Notes: generated by a model not told the origin, from the sequence alone. Positions 11,101 through 25,880 are shown, numbered from the stretch's first letter. The stretch: DNA of 64,000 bases from Takakia lepidozioides (GCA_030704615.1 CM060732.1:62000001-62064000), one strand, 5' to 3'. A program made the numbers and translations.

Positions 11101-14100
11101 AGTTGGGTGAGTATTTTATGCAACCTACTGCCCCTCAAGGCTACCTATAGATTACTAGGGCTTCAAGATATTTGCCTGTTGGCCTCTTCTATATGTATCA
11201 CTGTGGTGTGACAGTAGACCCTCCTTTGAGATTAGCAACACATCATTTGCATAGCCCATTAGATATAAAAAATAATCACACCCCAAGCTCCTCCCAGAGG
11301 TCAGTTTTAGAACAGTGGTTGATGTACAGTCAGTCTGACCCTTAGATTTTCACTTCAGGGAAACATTTTTTTCTACCAAATGGTGTTGATGGTCCAAGAA
11401 CGCAGCCACTTGGGGGGAGACCTTGGACCATGACCATGACTTCTTACAAGAAAAATGACTAATCTGGAGATCAAAGCCCAACCAACTTGACAGATAAGGG
11501 TTGAATGTACAGCTCACTGATTTACAAAAAAACTTAAAAAGCACAGAAATGAAAGTCTTCTTCAATCTCAGAGCACAGGGGCCAGACAGACAGTGATACA
11601 AAAAGCATCACGACTGAGTCAGAGCATACCCAACGAATGATGATGAACTAACAAAAGTTTTGAGCTGCCCAAAAGCAGACCCAGTAAGGATACTGCCCAA
11701 GAATACGTTGACCAGCACAAAGTAGTAGTACTTAGCCGCTGCCCTCCTTTCAAGCTTTGAGTGAGATAAATGGCCTTCCATCTTTGACAAAAGCATGCAT
11801 ATGGTGGGAACAAGCATGAGACATACTTTCAGTATAAGCCCCGGTAGGAAACCTTGAACGAATGATGCGAAAAAATGCCTGTATGCTCCAAGAACACCAG
11901 AGGGCCAGATGAAGTCTCACATGTCCAATATCAGGGAAATTGCACACTAGGGAAGCAAGAGGTTAACATGTAGGGAAAACTACTCTGGGCACACACACAG
12001 AGACTCATCTGCATGTCAGTTCTGGAGTCATGACATAACAAAGACAACGATGGTCTATGCAATCTGCATGTGCTCTGGCCAAGGACCGTCTTCTAGGACT
12101 TCAACTTCACAATCTTTGTATTTTTTTGTAATTTTTTTTGTAGTAAATAATCCTTTCACTGTGTAGTTGAAAAGCATGAAGAGCAATACTGATGTTCCTG
12201 ATCGGCTAGAGTGTTGACAGCTGAATGCCTGGGTTAGGTTGAGGTAACAGTCAGCATTCACGTAACAAACCTCACACAGTGGGAGGGCAGTGGAGAGGAA
12301 AACAAACACTTACTTCCGGAGAACACCTCTAAGCCATGGAAATGTTCTCTGAAGCCCCTGAAGGTTTGCCAATGACTGAACGGTCGCAACAGGAATCATG
12401 AAGAAGAAAACAAGCAAGAAAACCATGACACCCACTGCCAGCTTGCGGAACCCCAGCTGGATATATGGAATAGCCAAGTTTTTCCAGAACACATCTCGTG
12501 GTTCAGGTGCCCACTCAGTTAGCCAGAGAGTTGGGTCTTGGTTTTGTTGTGTCTGAGCACACACAGCAGCTCCCCACCGATTTTTGAATGAAACAAATGC
12601 TGCTGGCATTGTGGCCTTGGGGTCTTGTATAATTACCAAACGCTCAGTCTCTGCCTGGAAGTTGGAATAGCAGTCAAATTCACTGGTCACAAGGGAATTA
12701 GTTTAGCGTGTCTATCTTCAACTCCCATCTCTTGCATTTTAAAAAAGTGAACTGGCATTGACAGGCCTCGACCTTCATGTCATGAACCAACTTCTACGGA
12801 GACATGATGCACATTGAAGACCAAGATGACCAGCTGCAAGGTTGCGCACCATAGTACAGTGAGCACAATAGATTACAATTTGGCAAGTTGAGAAATTCAT
12901 TATCTGCTAATTAAATTCCTAGCATACCAACAAACCAAGGTTCATTTCTTGACCCCTATCTGCCAGATTGTTTGCAGCCACAAGTGAGGAGGTGTGAGGA
13001 GGTCGCTCATAGTGGTTCTGCCATTGTCCTCAAGGGCTATTTGTCAAGACAACATCAAATAAACGGAGAGGTGGGTACTTGATGTTTAAAAGAAAAATAG
13101 CACATGGTGGTTCTTACTTCTTGTGTCAGCTTTTCAATCTGAGCAGTATAATGATCAATGGCATCCACTTGGTCTCCGAAGAGTCCACAGAAACCTGTCT
13201 GCATATAGCTCCACACACTCCAATTCTGTGAGCACCATTAAACAATGGCATTTTCCTTTATCACACTATGTTACTGCTATAAAAGGAAACTTCAACATGA
13301 AGAGGCTTGTAATCAATTGGCACAACCAAAAGGTGCATCATCTATCCCCTTCAAGTATCATCACACTCTACTGTAGCTGTTTACACGCCATTGGAAGAGG
13401 TAAAGCTAGGGATGTAAACACAGAGGAGAAGCATGGGCCGTTAATGCACCTTGATGGTTGGCTTGGTGGATGGATCCCGCGAATACTTGAGTTGATTAAA
13501 AGTCAACCAATTTTGGGCTTTCTCTCTCTTCCTCACAATCTTGCTCAAATCGTTTGCATTGTAAACCATCTGTCATCCCCAAATGACCGTCTATTTAGTC
13601 TTAGCATTCCTCATCCTATTCGTACACTCATGCCACAATCGTGTCTTTGTATCTTCAACTCTGCCTATCTTACTATGTCTGTGGGAGGTTAAATGTTATG
13701 CCTTTTAACAAAATGATAGGTTAAGACCCTCAGACCACTTCTGGAAGAGTTGTGCGCTCAGGAGACCATGGCCTGAAGAGTATGTTGCCTCAAAAGTGCT
13801 CAGATGATGCTCCTCTCATCTCTATGAAATGTATCTGTATGAGGTCTTACAAGGAAAGTTACATACTACTACATCAATAAAAACAGAGAAGGCTGCTGCT
13901 TATACATATGTTCAGATGCACCCATGTGCCTCCCCTGGAAATACAGGGCTTGACTTTCTTGGTACGGATGTCACTCATTCTGAGGGGAAATGCTGAGCCT
14001 ATGCCCAACCTCTCCTCAACTTCAACTGCTCCTACACCCATGCTATGTAATAGAATGATGTTGGAAATTCGGGAAACAAACCTGATGGGTTAGGTAGTAA

Positions 14101-16644
14101 TCTGGATGATTTGTCTGGAAGTAAGATTCAACCTTGGTGTTGACAGATTCCTTGCCCTGATCCGGCACTTGCCGGACCAACACCTGCCAACCCCACAAGC
14201 ATGGATTCCAAAATTAATTTTTCATTGGAAAAGGAGAAAGGAACTATATAACGCCTACTGTAAGCGCAATGCTTGGTGCTGTTTGAAGTGGTTCTTTTTG
14301 CTCTAGTTTGTCTCATGGGCCCTTGGGAACCCCTTGTGGACGTTATAAAGTTTGTCTTTCTCTCTCTGCTCCACTTTGTGTTCTCCCCAACCTGGCGCAG
14401 GGGTCTATGGCCACAAGGCTATGGCATACAAGATCTTACATTCTCTGCTCTACTTTGTCCAATGGGCCCTCTGCCTCCATGGGATATAGTAGAGTTTCGT
14501 CCTGTGTTCTCTTCCGGTCCAGTTTACTAGTTCTTTCTTTTGTTATTCTGCATTTTTGTCCCATACCCTAAAATGAGGTGCCTCATGCAGAGAGAAAGGA
14601 GAAAACTATTAACACACTCATGGGACACAGAAAAGCGATGTCCATGGAAAGCTCACAGATAGGGGAAGACAGCAAAAATGCTCAGGAGCAAGTGAACAAA
14701 AGTAGCACTGTTGTTGTGTGGAAAGAAAACCCACAGTGAATTGGTCAGGGCGACGACGTTCACTGGCATGAAAACGAAGGCGCATTCTGGTGACAGTCCT
14801 GTACTCAACAAAAAGTATGTAGCAAGTCCAGGCCGTAAATACATACGCCATTACCAGATGTGCCCAGAGCCTGCAAAATCCAATCAGAGAGACATGTGAA
14901 AGTTGCAACAGGACTCTCTGCATGCCCGATTTCAGTGGGACATGCCCCTTGGCATTTACTTTGGCAATCTGATGTGCCAAATGCAGAAAGGTCTCCGGCC
15001 TTAAAATTGCAGTTCAGCAGGTTATGTACAGGTCTGGGAGGGAATAGCTAGCGATGCACAGGCCCATTGGTCCAGGGTCCAGCTTGAAGCTTTCAAATGG
15101 CAGATTGAGGTGAAAATAGGACCAGGCCGATGGATGGGCCTGATCAAGGTAGTGACCCTAGGGAACAGGCATGTGTCCTTTCCCAGGACTCCAAAAAGAC
15201 CTTGGAATGTTGTTACCCAAGGCCCTTGATCAGTCACATGTCCCTTCCAATTAGACCATGCTTGGAAGTCAGGTAGACGAACCTCATTGACCCAACTTTG
15301 ATATTTGAGATGGACAGCTTGTCAATGCTGCTGAACAACAGCTTGTTGCTCGATCCCGAAGTGTTGGTGTTCACTGCATTTGTGCCATTATCATTCAAGT
15401 TTCCAGCTCCCACATTGACAGGGATCAGAATCGCAATCCCCAGTACCATCATCGGCACAAATACCTTCAGCCTAGAGAATCCCACCCATCTCCCTGCTTA
15501 TTAGTTGTCTGCTCAATCTCCATCATCCTCAGTGACTCAAACTGTGTAGTTGTCCATCCATCTGTGAGCCTGTTCTTTCTATGTGTTTCTTTCTATGTAT
15601 TTGTTAGAGAGGTTAGGTAGTTGATCTAGAAGGCAAAATTGTTTGTAAGTTTGAAGACAACAGAGTTCATCTGTCATCAGAAGCCAAGGCTTCCAACCAG
15701 CATACATGACCTGTATACCCCCTACCATCCCCCACTGGCTATCCCTTTATTACAAACACTTTTCCCTCAAGCTCACTCTCTCTATCACCCCTCCTTTATC
15801 AAGAAAAGTTATTCATGTAACCATTTCATGCAAATAAACAGATTCATCAAAGCACTGTCGTAAGTATCAAGTAAGACAGCCTCAGAAAAATTCCCTGGTG
15901 CAGAAATGAAATGAAATGAAAAGGTACTTTAAAGAGAAAGATCATGGCATGTGTATCCGAGCCCTACAGTAGCAATGCTGTGATGGACATAGCCCAGCGA
16001 TAGGATCATTTCCATGCCTGCTCCATGGCATTTTTTTCGCTAGGTTTCCTATCCTAACAAACCCCATGATCAGCATTGTGTATGTTACTTTCCAGTGGGC
16101 ACTGTGTGAGTGCATCGTGGCCAAAATTTGTATTGAACGGGTCAACCTTTTTCCCTCCCTATTATAAATTTGCTTTTCTTCTTTCCTGCTCCATGGAAAT
16201 TTTGAAGTTAATTTTTTCTGACAGGACTAGATAAACCAGCCAGAAGGAGGGAAAGAGAGAGGTGTGCTCCGAAACGGACACATGATTTAGCCAAACATAA
16301 CGGATGGTGCACACTTACCCGACCAAAAAGATGCGAAGAAACACCGCTGAATCTAAGCCAGCATGCTCAATCAATTCCTGCTCGGACATCCGGAGCGCAG
16401 CTCTGACCCAAGATGATAATCTGAAATACTGGTGTAAGTCCGTATTGAAATATCTCTCTATCTGCTTGCGCTGGCGCGTGCTGGTGCGCGGTCTCCCCTT
16501 CCGAGAGCCTTTGATGTATAATTTAGAGTGGTAGACCCTGTCATTGACTGGCTGTACACTGAGGACTAAAAAACCTACCAAGAATGCCATTGTGATTCCA
16601 ACATTGAGGATGGCAGACACTCCTATGTCCCGAAGCGACGTCAT
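8128..16644 (-). CDS. OSCA: OSCA/ERD4 (CSC1-like) hyperosmolality-gated Ca2+-permeable mechanosensitive channel, OSCA1-like, ~11 exons, with a long C-terminal extension
   Basis: Recognisable OSCA1 segments: MTSLRDIGVSAILN..QPVNDRVY; GLDSAVFLRIF; IDKLSISNI; RLWAHLVMAYVFT; RRPDQFT; HPDYYLTHQ; AAFVSFKNRWGAAVCAQTQQ; WAPEPRDVFWKNL; IPMKASFFITYIMVDGW; YESAGAFWPHVH; DAMERDTVEREKEPDLNL..AYKHPDF. Approximate exons: 16644-16318, 15473-15281, 14869-14733, 14183-14082, 13570-13450, 13196-13118, 12655-12312, 11790-11630, 11005-10695, 10401-10099, 9648-8128. Confidence 0.93.
8180..9420 (-). repeat. Coding tandem repeats in the OSCA C-terminal tail (~40-55 aa unit, ~9 copies)
   Basis: Recurring core (S)DLEDPGSPLIFK[QR]G[TR]FY[EQ]D preceded by SRSSTLGT[AV]SE. 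Six clear and about three degenerate copies. Confidence 0.9.
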
Positions 16645-16947
16645 TTCTTAGGATGCTATTGGTGATTGCATGAAGAGGTCCAGCTGCCACTGAGGAGCTT
16701 GAATTATAATTCTTTTCTACTGCTAGTCTATACATTCAAACTCTTCAGACAGGTGCATTAAGAGATGATGCATTGATGACCTTCTGCGACGAGTGACATT
16801 TCGATTTGAAAGCTAAATTGATACTTTTAAGGCCTAAGCAAATCGTCACTTGAACCAAAATTTGCCCTGGTGCGTTTTCCATCTTTCATTCACTCACCTC
16901 ACTCAACAGTCTACAACTTAGAACTTCGAGTATCTCTGTTACTGTCG

Positions 16948-16973
16948 TCTCTCTCTCTCTCTCTCTCTCTCTC
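16948..16973. repeat. (CT)n microsatellite upstream of the OSCA start codon
   Basis: About 13 CT units read directly. Confidence 0.9.
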
Positions 16974-18799
16974 CCCCTCATTGGAAGGGACTCTCTTTGT
17001 GAGCCATCGTGGCCCTCTGTGGACGCTATGAAGTTTCTTTCTTCCTGTCCTTTCCAAACGTGTCCGGAGAGCTACAGTAAACTGAAAAAATATCGCTAAA
17101 CTATTGCGGCAGAGGAGGCATTGCGAGCTAAATTCACCAGCAAAAGCAAGTTCAAGAGGAAAACACTGGTCGGATGCTTGATCTGTACGCCTTTCCTCTC
17201 AAGACTCTCCAGTGACATGCTAAAGAGACTGAGCTCTTACACAAAAACGCACGGGAAGTGTTCGATCTTCCAAACAAGCTACACTCTAGGACACTGACGC
17301 GCCATCTGGAGAATGACGAATGCAATTCGAAACATTTCAGTGAGTGAATGGAAATTCCTCCAGATCAACATTACTTCGGAAAATGAAAATCTTCATCGTC
17401 TATCAAAGAAAAGAAGACCACAGCAACAAACTGCACGTCCCGCCTGCGAGCAGTGCAACGCCATCACGCCAGCTCCACCAAATCGACAAGCTCAAGAGAA
17501 GCTCAAGTGTCGTGCCTCCCTCGCACGACCAATTCTGCATTCTCCCCGCCGCCGCATCGGAACTTTGCCGGTTTCGCCACAGAATTACTACTCACCGAAA
17601 GCTAAAATTGGTTTCCCCGAAGTTGGAGTTCAAATCTCTTCAGTAGTGAAGCATGAGGGCACTTCGACACAAAACCTCAGGATTTGACGATTTGACCCCC
17701 ATTTCGGCATAAAGGAAGGCTCTGATATAAAAATATCAAAGACAAATCGGGATCAAAGGCGGTGCCCTTTTACACTGGCGTAAAAGTGTAGGAGTGGCGA
17801 AACTGCTCCCAAGACTGGTATAGCCGTTACTCCGTTCGCCGTGGCCGTTAAAAAGGGCGAGATCGCCGGCGAAAGTGCTGCCATGAACCACGAACGCATA
17901 CGTCGACGATTATTCCAGACGATAGTGCCAAATTCGTCTGGAAGCTGACGAATTTCAGATCGTTCGTGAGAATATCGTCACATCACGAAAACGTGTGGGC
18001 GATAGGGGGTAGAGTAGCCAGACTGGAACGGTACAGTTGGCGCCACCGGTGGGACCGGCGGCCGCCGTGCCGGTTTCGGCACCGTCTGGTTGGTGGGCCC
18101 AGCCTGAGGTCTTGGGATCAAATCCGGACGACCTCCTCCTCCGATGTGGCAAGCATCCCCTAGAGTAACGTTAAACTGACGGTACCGTCACCGTCAACGT
18201 CAGGCGCCGTCAGACTGACGGCTGCACAGAATGTGCAACTGCACAGTGGGACGGAAGTTGAATTTTGAATCGGACCGTCGGATGTGCACTTACGTGCATC
18301 GTAGCCGTAGTAGACGCGTGTGCGGATAAGCGAAGGCTGACACTGCATGTGCCAGTGCAGTGAGTTTGATTTACTTACACTCAAGAAGGGCATCAAAGAT
18401 AGAAGAGATGAAAGAGACGACATTGGGTGCAAACAAAAATTCCAAGCTCTGGTGTTGCTCCCTTCAAAGCGCAAGCGCGCTGGGAAGCTAAATTGAAGGA
18501 AAACAAATGTGGCTTTGATTACTTGGACAACACTAATTCTAGACTCATCAGATCAAGAACATATCACCTACACAAAGCCACAGGATTTTCAACTGTTTGA
18601 TTTCTCATTGCTTGTTGGGCGAGAAAGTTGTTCTCTCCCATCATCACCATCTCATCTTCACTGTCCCTAAGCTCTATAACTCATAATTTGCTCAAAAAGT
18701 AAGGAACACAGCCAATCATGGTTGAGTCTTGTTTGATCCATGTTACATTTGTGGGGACGTGTTGCAATTGCTTTTGAAATCCCCATTGGATATTGAACA

Positions 18800-21700
18800 T
18801 CAACCCTCGAGCATAGCTTTGGCAGCATCAATAAGCAAAGGTCGAAACTCCTCCGATGCCCGCCCGAGTACTGTGTATTCTTCTTTATCTTGAGCATCAA
18901 CATCCGCACCATATCGCACCAGCAGCAGCGCCACCTGCCCTTCCTATATCAGTTAGTATAGAACGTTTCCATCTCTAGTTGGACTGCTATCGTATGACAA
19001 AAAGAAGTTGAGTCAAAGCAATGTATCAGGCAGAATAGTGTATGCCCAGTCAGCACAGCAAGCTGTTGTATATGTAATGTTCCTTTCTTTCTCTCTGTCC
19101 TCCTGCATCCAGGCTATCACAAGCATAGCCTAATGATTACACACAGCACCTTATCAAAGGCTAAGTTGCAGAAGATGTGATCACAATCCTTCTACCTAAC
19201 ATGGATGCCTTACTGACTGGGTGGGAAGGTCTGGAATATCTTTTGACTGAGATTCAGATTTGGGATTTTCAGGTGGATCCACTGTTAGGTAGGGAAGGAG
19301 CTGAGACCACAATTCCTACTTGGCCCTTCCCTGATAGGGATTTGGCTGTGAATGGGGACTGGCTGAAGTCAGATGAGTTTGCAAATGCTCATCAAGACAG
19401 TGAAGAAGTTACATATACAGCTGGGGTTGATGATACTGCTCTTGAGTTGGGGAAGGAGCTAGAAGATGCAGCTAGTAAGAACAGTTTGGGACGCCCAAAT
19501 CAACTTCACTTCCACTGGTTATCACCCTCTACGGGATCCAGTATTTAGAAATTGCAATGGACCCTGCTTGCTGACTTTACTCTCCTCCCCTTCCCCCATT
19601 CTCTTCCTTCCCAAAGTGGTTGCAGGGTTGGCCACAAGTTACGACAAGCGACATCTATTGAGATCCATATATGATACTTGTTTCACACACTGATACACAG
19701 CTGGTTACTTAAGTCGCTTCACTGACGAGCAGCCTTCACAAGTTCTGATCAATTCATACACACACATTTCCTCAACAATCTTCTTAGAGAAAGAAGGCAG
19801 AGGGAAAGACAGAGCTATAGGTAAATGCAAGCAATGGAAGGAAAAACCTGACGGTTGTCACAGATCGTAGCATGCATGAGCGGGGTCTGCCCCATGGAGT
19901 CAGTAGCTTCAATATCTGCTCCCTCCTCTAGCAAGATCTCACACACCTCCGCTTTGTCTGCACTTGCGGCCCGATGAAGCGCCGTGCACCCCACCTAACA
20001 ACCCCTGACCCATGTCAATTTCTCTCTTACAATGAAACCACAAATGGAGCCACCTCACTCTTATTCTCCAGGTGCTATGCCTTCAGGAGTACGTCGTAGC
20101 CAACATTTGCAGGGAACAATCCCTGGTAGGCAACTCTCTCTACAGACCAGATTCATACTCTACTTCAAAACTACATAATGCCACAGCAAAGGCAAAGAAA
20201 GGCACAACAAGAGAGGCCAAAGGCTCTCAAAAGGCCCCAAACAAAAGCCCTTGCACCTCATTTGCACTGGCATTGCTATTGACAGCTCTCCCCTAACATT
20301 GTTATCCAACTGAAAGAGGTGACTTTCCGATCAGTGCATGACTAAGCATTGCACCTACGAGGACAATCTCCAGTCAATATCCATCATCGGAAATTCGTCA
20401 TGACCATAATTGTCAACCTGGCACTGCATATGTGGCTGTCAAAGATTGTAATAATCTCCTGCAAATTACAAATGTTTGCATACATTTGGTGAACAATTTA
20501 TTGACAAACATGGATCGGCCCATTATTACTACACAGTTTACCTAAACCACAATCAAGTCCATCCCAGACATCTAGGGTAAGCATCTCTTTTATGTGTCTG
20601 ATGAAGAAAAAGAGGTGCAGAAAGACAAATTGGCAACAAAACCTTGTCTTTCTTATTGAGTTTTGCACCATGCTTGATAAGGAGGTTGGTAATTTCAACA
20701 TGGCCTTTGCTGGCAGCATAATGAAGAGGTGTACGACCCCCTTTATTGATCACTGACACATCCGCACCTATCCACCCACCACCAATCATGCATCATTGTG
20801 CCTGCCATGCAACCTTTCAAGACAACCTGAGCTCTCCATTGCACCACTTGCGATAACCAAGTCCCACCCGACCTGAGCTTCCATCATCTCTTTTTCTTGG
20901 TTCCAACTAGAAGAGCTAGCCGTCAATTTATGTCATGTCATTACTGAATTCAGAACCAAAGAGATCCGGCATTCAGAACTTCAGAAAATCTCAGATACAA
21001 ACTGGGAACAAGATGGTGGATTCCTGCATGCGTGTCTACACTATATCAATGCAGTGGCAGTGCCCAAAATAAGGTCATACTTGTCAGCCCTTATATTAAT
21101 CCTCAATCCTCAGTATACATATGCATTCTTGGGGGAAAGCACTGGAAACATGGTTCATGCTACACTAGAGCCATGTAGTTACTGCAGGGCAAGGCATACC
21201 CAAATCGAGAAGTGCTTCAACAACAGCGTCACGGCCACCACTCACAGCTGAGTGAAGTGGCGTCCAACCTTCTTCATCACTTGCATTCACAATGCTGGTG
21301 GATTCCACCCCTTCAAGTAGTATCCTCACTACCTGTTCGTCAAACCCACCCATTACCCCCGTCATGGTTATCTTTTCATCATGATGCGAACCGTACTCAT
21401 CAACATACACAAAATCGTGTGTCTGCCTCCCTATCATTAGCAAGAGAATTTACATGAGGGCCAGCCCACTTATTACACCCGTCCTGGTTATGTTTTTGCG
21501 GCATAATGCCAACTGCACTCATCAACATACCCCAATGACCTGTCCATAGTGGACATCCCTATTATCTATTATAATCAGATCAAGTTAGCCAGTATAACTG
21601 CTTGAACACTACTGCCAATATATCAGTAGGTACTGGGCACACTCCGACAATATCCTACCTTCTACCCTGTATGTTACAAATGAACCTGCTGTAAGAAACA

Positions 21701-22478
21701 CAGCTCTGAAGAAGCTCTGAGCCATGGGAGCTTAACCCAAAAACCAACCGATAAATCAGCAAACGATTGTTGATGGGGGCATCCAGATTAGAATGTGGTT
21801 TAGCAAAATTGTGCCACAAAAATTGCCCCCGGAAGTGCACAGCATCCCGAAAATCTGGCTCAATTACCTGGATCGTGAAGACAGCTTCGCTAAATTTCCA
21901 ACACTTTAAGCATCATCTGAAAAATGTTCTTTGCCGGTCTTGGGGTTCTAACCTACCCGGAAATAAAACTCGGTCGCCCTTGTCGTTGCGTTAGAGCCAA
22001 GGCGAAACTCTTATTACAGGGATCTCCAGCAAATGGGATCATACCCCTCTACATAACACCAATCTGTCGAATTCGCCCGTTATGCTCTGCCATTCATACT
22101 GTAGAGGGAAAGCGAGGCGGATGGATTCCACCCTAAATTGTAAACCAGACCGCAAGACACATGAAACCCATAAACATTTCACAGAAAGGAAGTAATCTGT
22201 ATTCACAATTTGCACACCTGGGCATGGCCGGCAGCCCCGGCGACATGAAGTAGGGTGCGGTCATCGTCGTTGCGAAGGGAGTGAACCTTGATGAGCTGGT
22301 CCTTTGAGAGGTTCTTAAACACTGCAAGATCTCCGCTCTCCGCTGCACGGTACATGTCATCACTATCCAATTCCTTTGCGGGTGCCGGCATGCCCACCAT
22401 TGCATTCATCTTGCTCCTCGCTTCTTCTTTCTTCTTGTCGTCCTCTCCTAATTTGCCCTCCTGCCTAGCCGACGACAT
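18800..22478 (-). CDS. Ankyrin-repeat protein, gankyrin/PSMD10 (Nas6)-like, 5 exons
   Basis: Consecutive ankyrin repeats: DDRTLLHVAGAAGHAQ (22478-22218), EEGWTPLHSAVSGG (~21331-21199), GGRTPLHYAASKGH (~20766-20643), VGCTALHRAAS..GQTPLMHA (~19995-19849), VALLLVRYGADVDAQDKEEYTVLGRAS..AKAMLEG* (~18935-18800). GT/AG borders present. Confidence 0.88.
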
Positions 22479-22777
22479 GAAACTATGGATGGATGCCGTT
22501 TACACTTGATATATTCTGAGTTCGATTTCTTCCTTGCATGGTCGAGGGTTTAGAGTTTAGCACCAATTTATCACTCAAATCTGCCCGTGGAACTTACAAC
22601 TGTGGACAGAGTACATGCATACTTACTTCAACTGAAAATTTGCATTTGAAGAAATCTGCCTTTCATCTAGTAGAGTGCCGTATCTGGGCGTATCTCAAAT
22701 TCGCATCTGGGTTGTTGCTTGTAATGCGGCATCCCCCTTCGCCATTAGCTCTTCCCGCGTCTTCGCCTCAATCTGTC

Positions 22778-25405
22778 ATGGCTGCCATACAGGCAGTCCT
22801 TCGCCTTCGATCTTCTGTGGTATCGGAAGTGAGTAGCTGTAGAAGTACGAGAAGGATACAAGCACAAGCACACTGCAGTCAACTACACCTCTCGATCAAC
22901 TTCAAATTGCCGTATTGCTGCGTCCCCAATCCTGTCACTAGCGGGGGAAATCCCCTGTCTTTCTGCTCAGATGGATTTCCTGGGCAGTGTGCAGTGGCGA
23001 ATGGGTCCAGAGTGATAACCCCTGGATTGAGATGGAACATGAGAATCAAGCCACATGGGTCGAGAATTGACGGGAGAACCAACCGACGTGGTCTAGCTGT
23101 TTCTTATTCGCAAGTTTACTTGCATTTGTTTCATGGTATGTGTGGTGGCCACAATCAAATCAGTAGAAATGCAAGGGCAAGAGAAAGAAGTGCCGCGGTC
23201 GAGACAGGAGATTCAGAAGAGGTAGCTTGCCACCCAAATGTACTACACATATTCTTGAATGATGTGAAGCAATAGCTGGTTACTAGGTTTAGATCTTTGT
23301 AACTTTCTGTTTCGCTTGTCCGCAGCTCAGCCAACGTTCGCAGGGAACGGCATGAATACAGTCTCACACAGCCGTTTGGGTTTATAGACTCTTTTTTTGT
23401 TCCTTTTGTAGTTCGATTATGTCTCATAGGCCTCCTGGGATCCCCATGCACTTAATTAATTCTTTTTCTTCTTCCGTGTTAGGTCGTCACATCAATTGAA
23501 TCGAACTGTACTTTCTCTGGCGTGATATTCAGATGATCATTAAACCAACGATGCCTTTGACGGTAACGGAATGTACAATCCTGGTGGCAACACCATCAAA
23601 GTATCCTCTTGATTATACACCAGCGATGTGTTTCCCTGAGTCCTATGATATGGTTGAAGCTGCAATTCTTATAAGTTGATTGGGTCAGACCACTTCCTTG
23701 TCTATAATTGGATTTGGGAAGTGTGGAGGGCTTTGGCAATCTTGGGAACCTTTGACAGTAAGGAATTTTGAAATCCTTGTGGCAACACCATCAATGTATT
23801 CCACTAAATATTACACCAGCGGTGTGTTTGCATAGACCTAGAATATAGTTGACTCCACAACTCTTAGTTATGAGTTAATTGGGTCAGACTGCTCCTTGCT
23901 TGTCTCCCCTGTAATTCGTCATGGGCAGTGTGTGAGGGCAATGACAATAGTAATTTGGGCCGAGTTTCACAGCCTTTTAGAACCCCAGATTTTTCCCTTT
24001 TGAGGTATGTTGTACGATGAAGCAGTAAACCTCTTCCAAGAAAAACTCTGGTCAATGAAGTCTGGTCTCTGAAGAGATTCTCTTTGTGTGATCAGGTAAA
24101 GGTGAAAATAGCTGTGGGCCAGGTGGGCAGTTGCGTTGAGCATGTGTTCTATTTCCAGAAGATTATGGGACCTTCAAGCAACATGGTCGTTGTAAGCATA
24201 TCACCCTCCTTGAAGGAAGTAGAGAAAGATGCACCCATGAGGTATAAACTTTTGCTGTGGAGTCGGTGGGATGCGGCCCCTCCACATTGTCTTAGTGCCG
24301 AACTAACATAGACCTCTCACATCAAACATTCTTATGTTAGCTTTACCTTGACTTGTCCCAAAACACAAGTTTGATGTGAATGGTGTTCCTGGAGATTAAT
24401 AGAGATCTTTCATTCTACTCTTCTTGCTATAGCTTTGTGATCAGTGACTTTTCCAGGATCGAAAGTAGAGGTAGAGAGGCATGGGGGTTAAAGAGAGGGA
24501 AGAAGGGTAACGTAAAGATGGGATATATTGTTACATGAGGTTTGTTTCAGCCATTGTTGTGTAGAGAGGGGATTCAGCTGGTGAAACTGGAGAAGGTGAG
24601 AAAAGAGTACATTTTCTGATAATCTCACCTGTCACATGCTATCAGACATGCCTCACCCCTCCCATACACAGGCTTACAATCATCCTCGACTTAGGCTCTT
24701 CTTGTCTGATACCAGGAGATAAGAGGCCACACTCCAATAGAGAGGTGGTTCTTATCAAAGTAGTAATGCCAGCTTTGATGCTATTGCAGGTGGTACTGCC
24801 CAAGCCTCTTGGAATAGTATTTGAAGAGAGCCAATGGAAAGACTCCAAAGGCAGGGGCCGTGTTGTGGTGGCAGGGCTTGTCCCAGGTGGCAATGCTTAT
24901 CGGGCATCCAGGGTGGCCCAGCTCTTTGAGAGTGGAAGTGGGAAATCCCAGAACATTAATAGAGCTATTATTGGCGGAGCTGTGAAGCCTGGAGATGTTC
25001 TGCGTGCAACTACAACGGTAGAATCTTACCATAGGAAGATTGCAATCAAATCAGGTTGATATAATTTTTGTTCATCTGAATTTTGTGGAGGCAAACGTCT
25101 GGTCTGTCAAAGAGCCAACTGGTACCACCACCTTAAATTATTAGCTCTTCTTGAAATCATGGTGGCTTTGATCTCTATGTCCACCCTACCTTAAGGAGGC
25201 TTCCATTGGAGTGGTTTATGGCTTCAGCATGGCATATATGTTGCAGGTGAATGTGACTGTGGATTTTTTTGGTCTACATGCTCCTCAACGATTGGTCGAA
25301 CTCTATGAAGTCGATGGGAGGCCTTGGCACCTGACAATGAGAGCATTGAATGCCAGCTTTGTTGCTGACGGAGATGTATCTCTTGTTCTGGAACGACAAT
25401 ATTGA
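22778..25405 (+). CDS. Putative plastid-targeted PDZ-like domain protein (multi-exon; 5' exon structure uncertain)
   Basis: Ser/Arg-rich MAAIQAVLRLRSS N-terminus resembles a transit peptide. Exon ~24791-25017 has VVLPKPLGIVFEE..VVVAGLVPGGNA..VKPGDVLRA (PDZ pattern). Last exon ~25247-25405 ends VSLVLERQY*. Confidence 0.65.
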
Positions 25406-25880
25406 GGTGCATTCAGATTTCAACAGCTCCTCTGATGGACACTTCCTCCCAACAGCCTTTTTGGTAAGATAGACTCCTCCTCTTCATTCTCTGTGCCTTA
25501 TGTCATCCATGCTTCAATCATCTCCAATTGTCTTGTTCTCTCATGTTGGTCTTCATGCGGTATTTTACATGGGAGAGAGAGATGACACCGACCAAAGGCA
25601 GCATACTACATAAGAGTCTCTTCCCTGTGCTGATATAACATGAAACAGACTTCTTAAAAATAAATCTTCTACACCGGCAGTTTCTTTTGCTTTTGTTTTG
25701 ACAAAAAAGGGAACTCTGAAGAAGTGAGGGGAAACGCCTTTTATACGTTCTAGGCCATAAAGATTGCAAGCCCATGGCTACCACAGGAGGTGTTTATTTT
25801 GGGCATCTCTCTTGCTGTCTGGTTTTCTAGACTTTTGAGGGTGCCGGTTTTCCGAGTCTGTTTTCTAATTAGTAAGGAGG

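Noticed and set aside
17313-18474. Several 65-124 aa ORFs upstream of OSCA
   Set aside because: No recognisable domains. GC-rich promoter/5' UTR sequence readily gives chance ORFs.
23580-23940. Diverged ~195-bp tandem duplication in an intron (and a ~60-bp one at 21350-21530)
   Set aside because: Ordinary local intronic duplications with no coding or structural signal.
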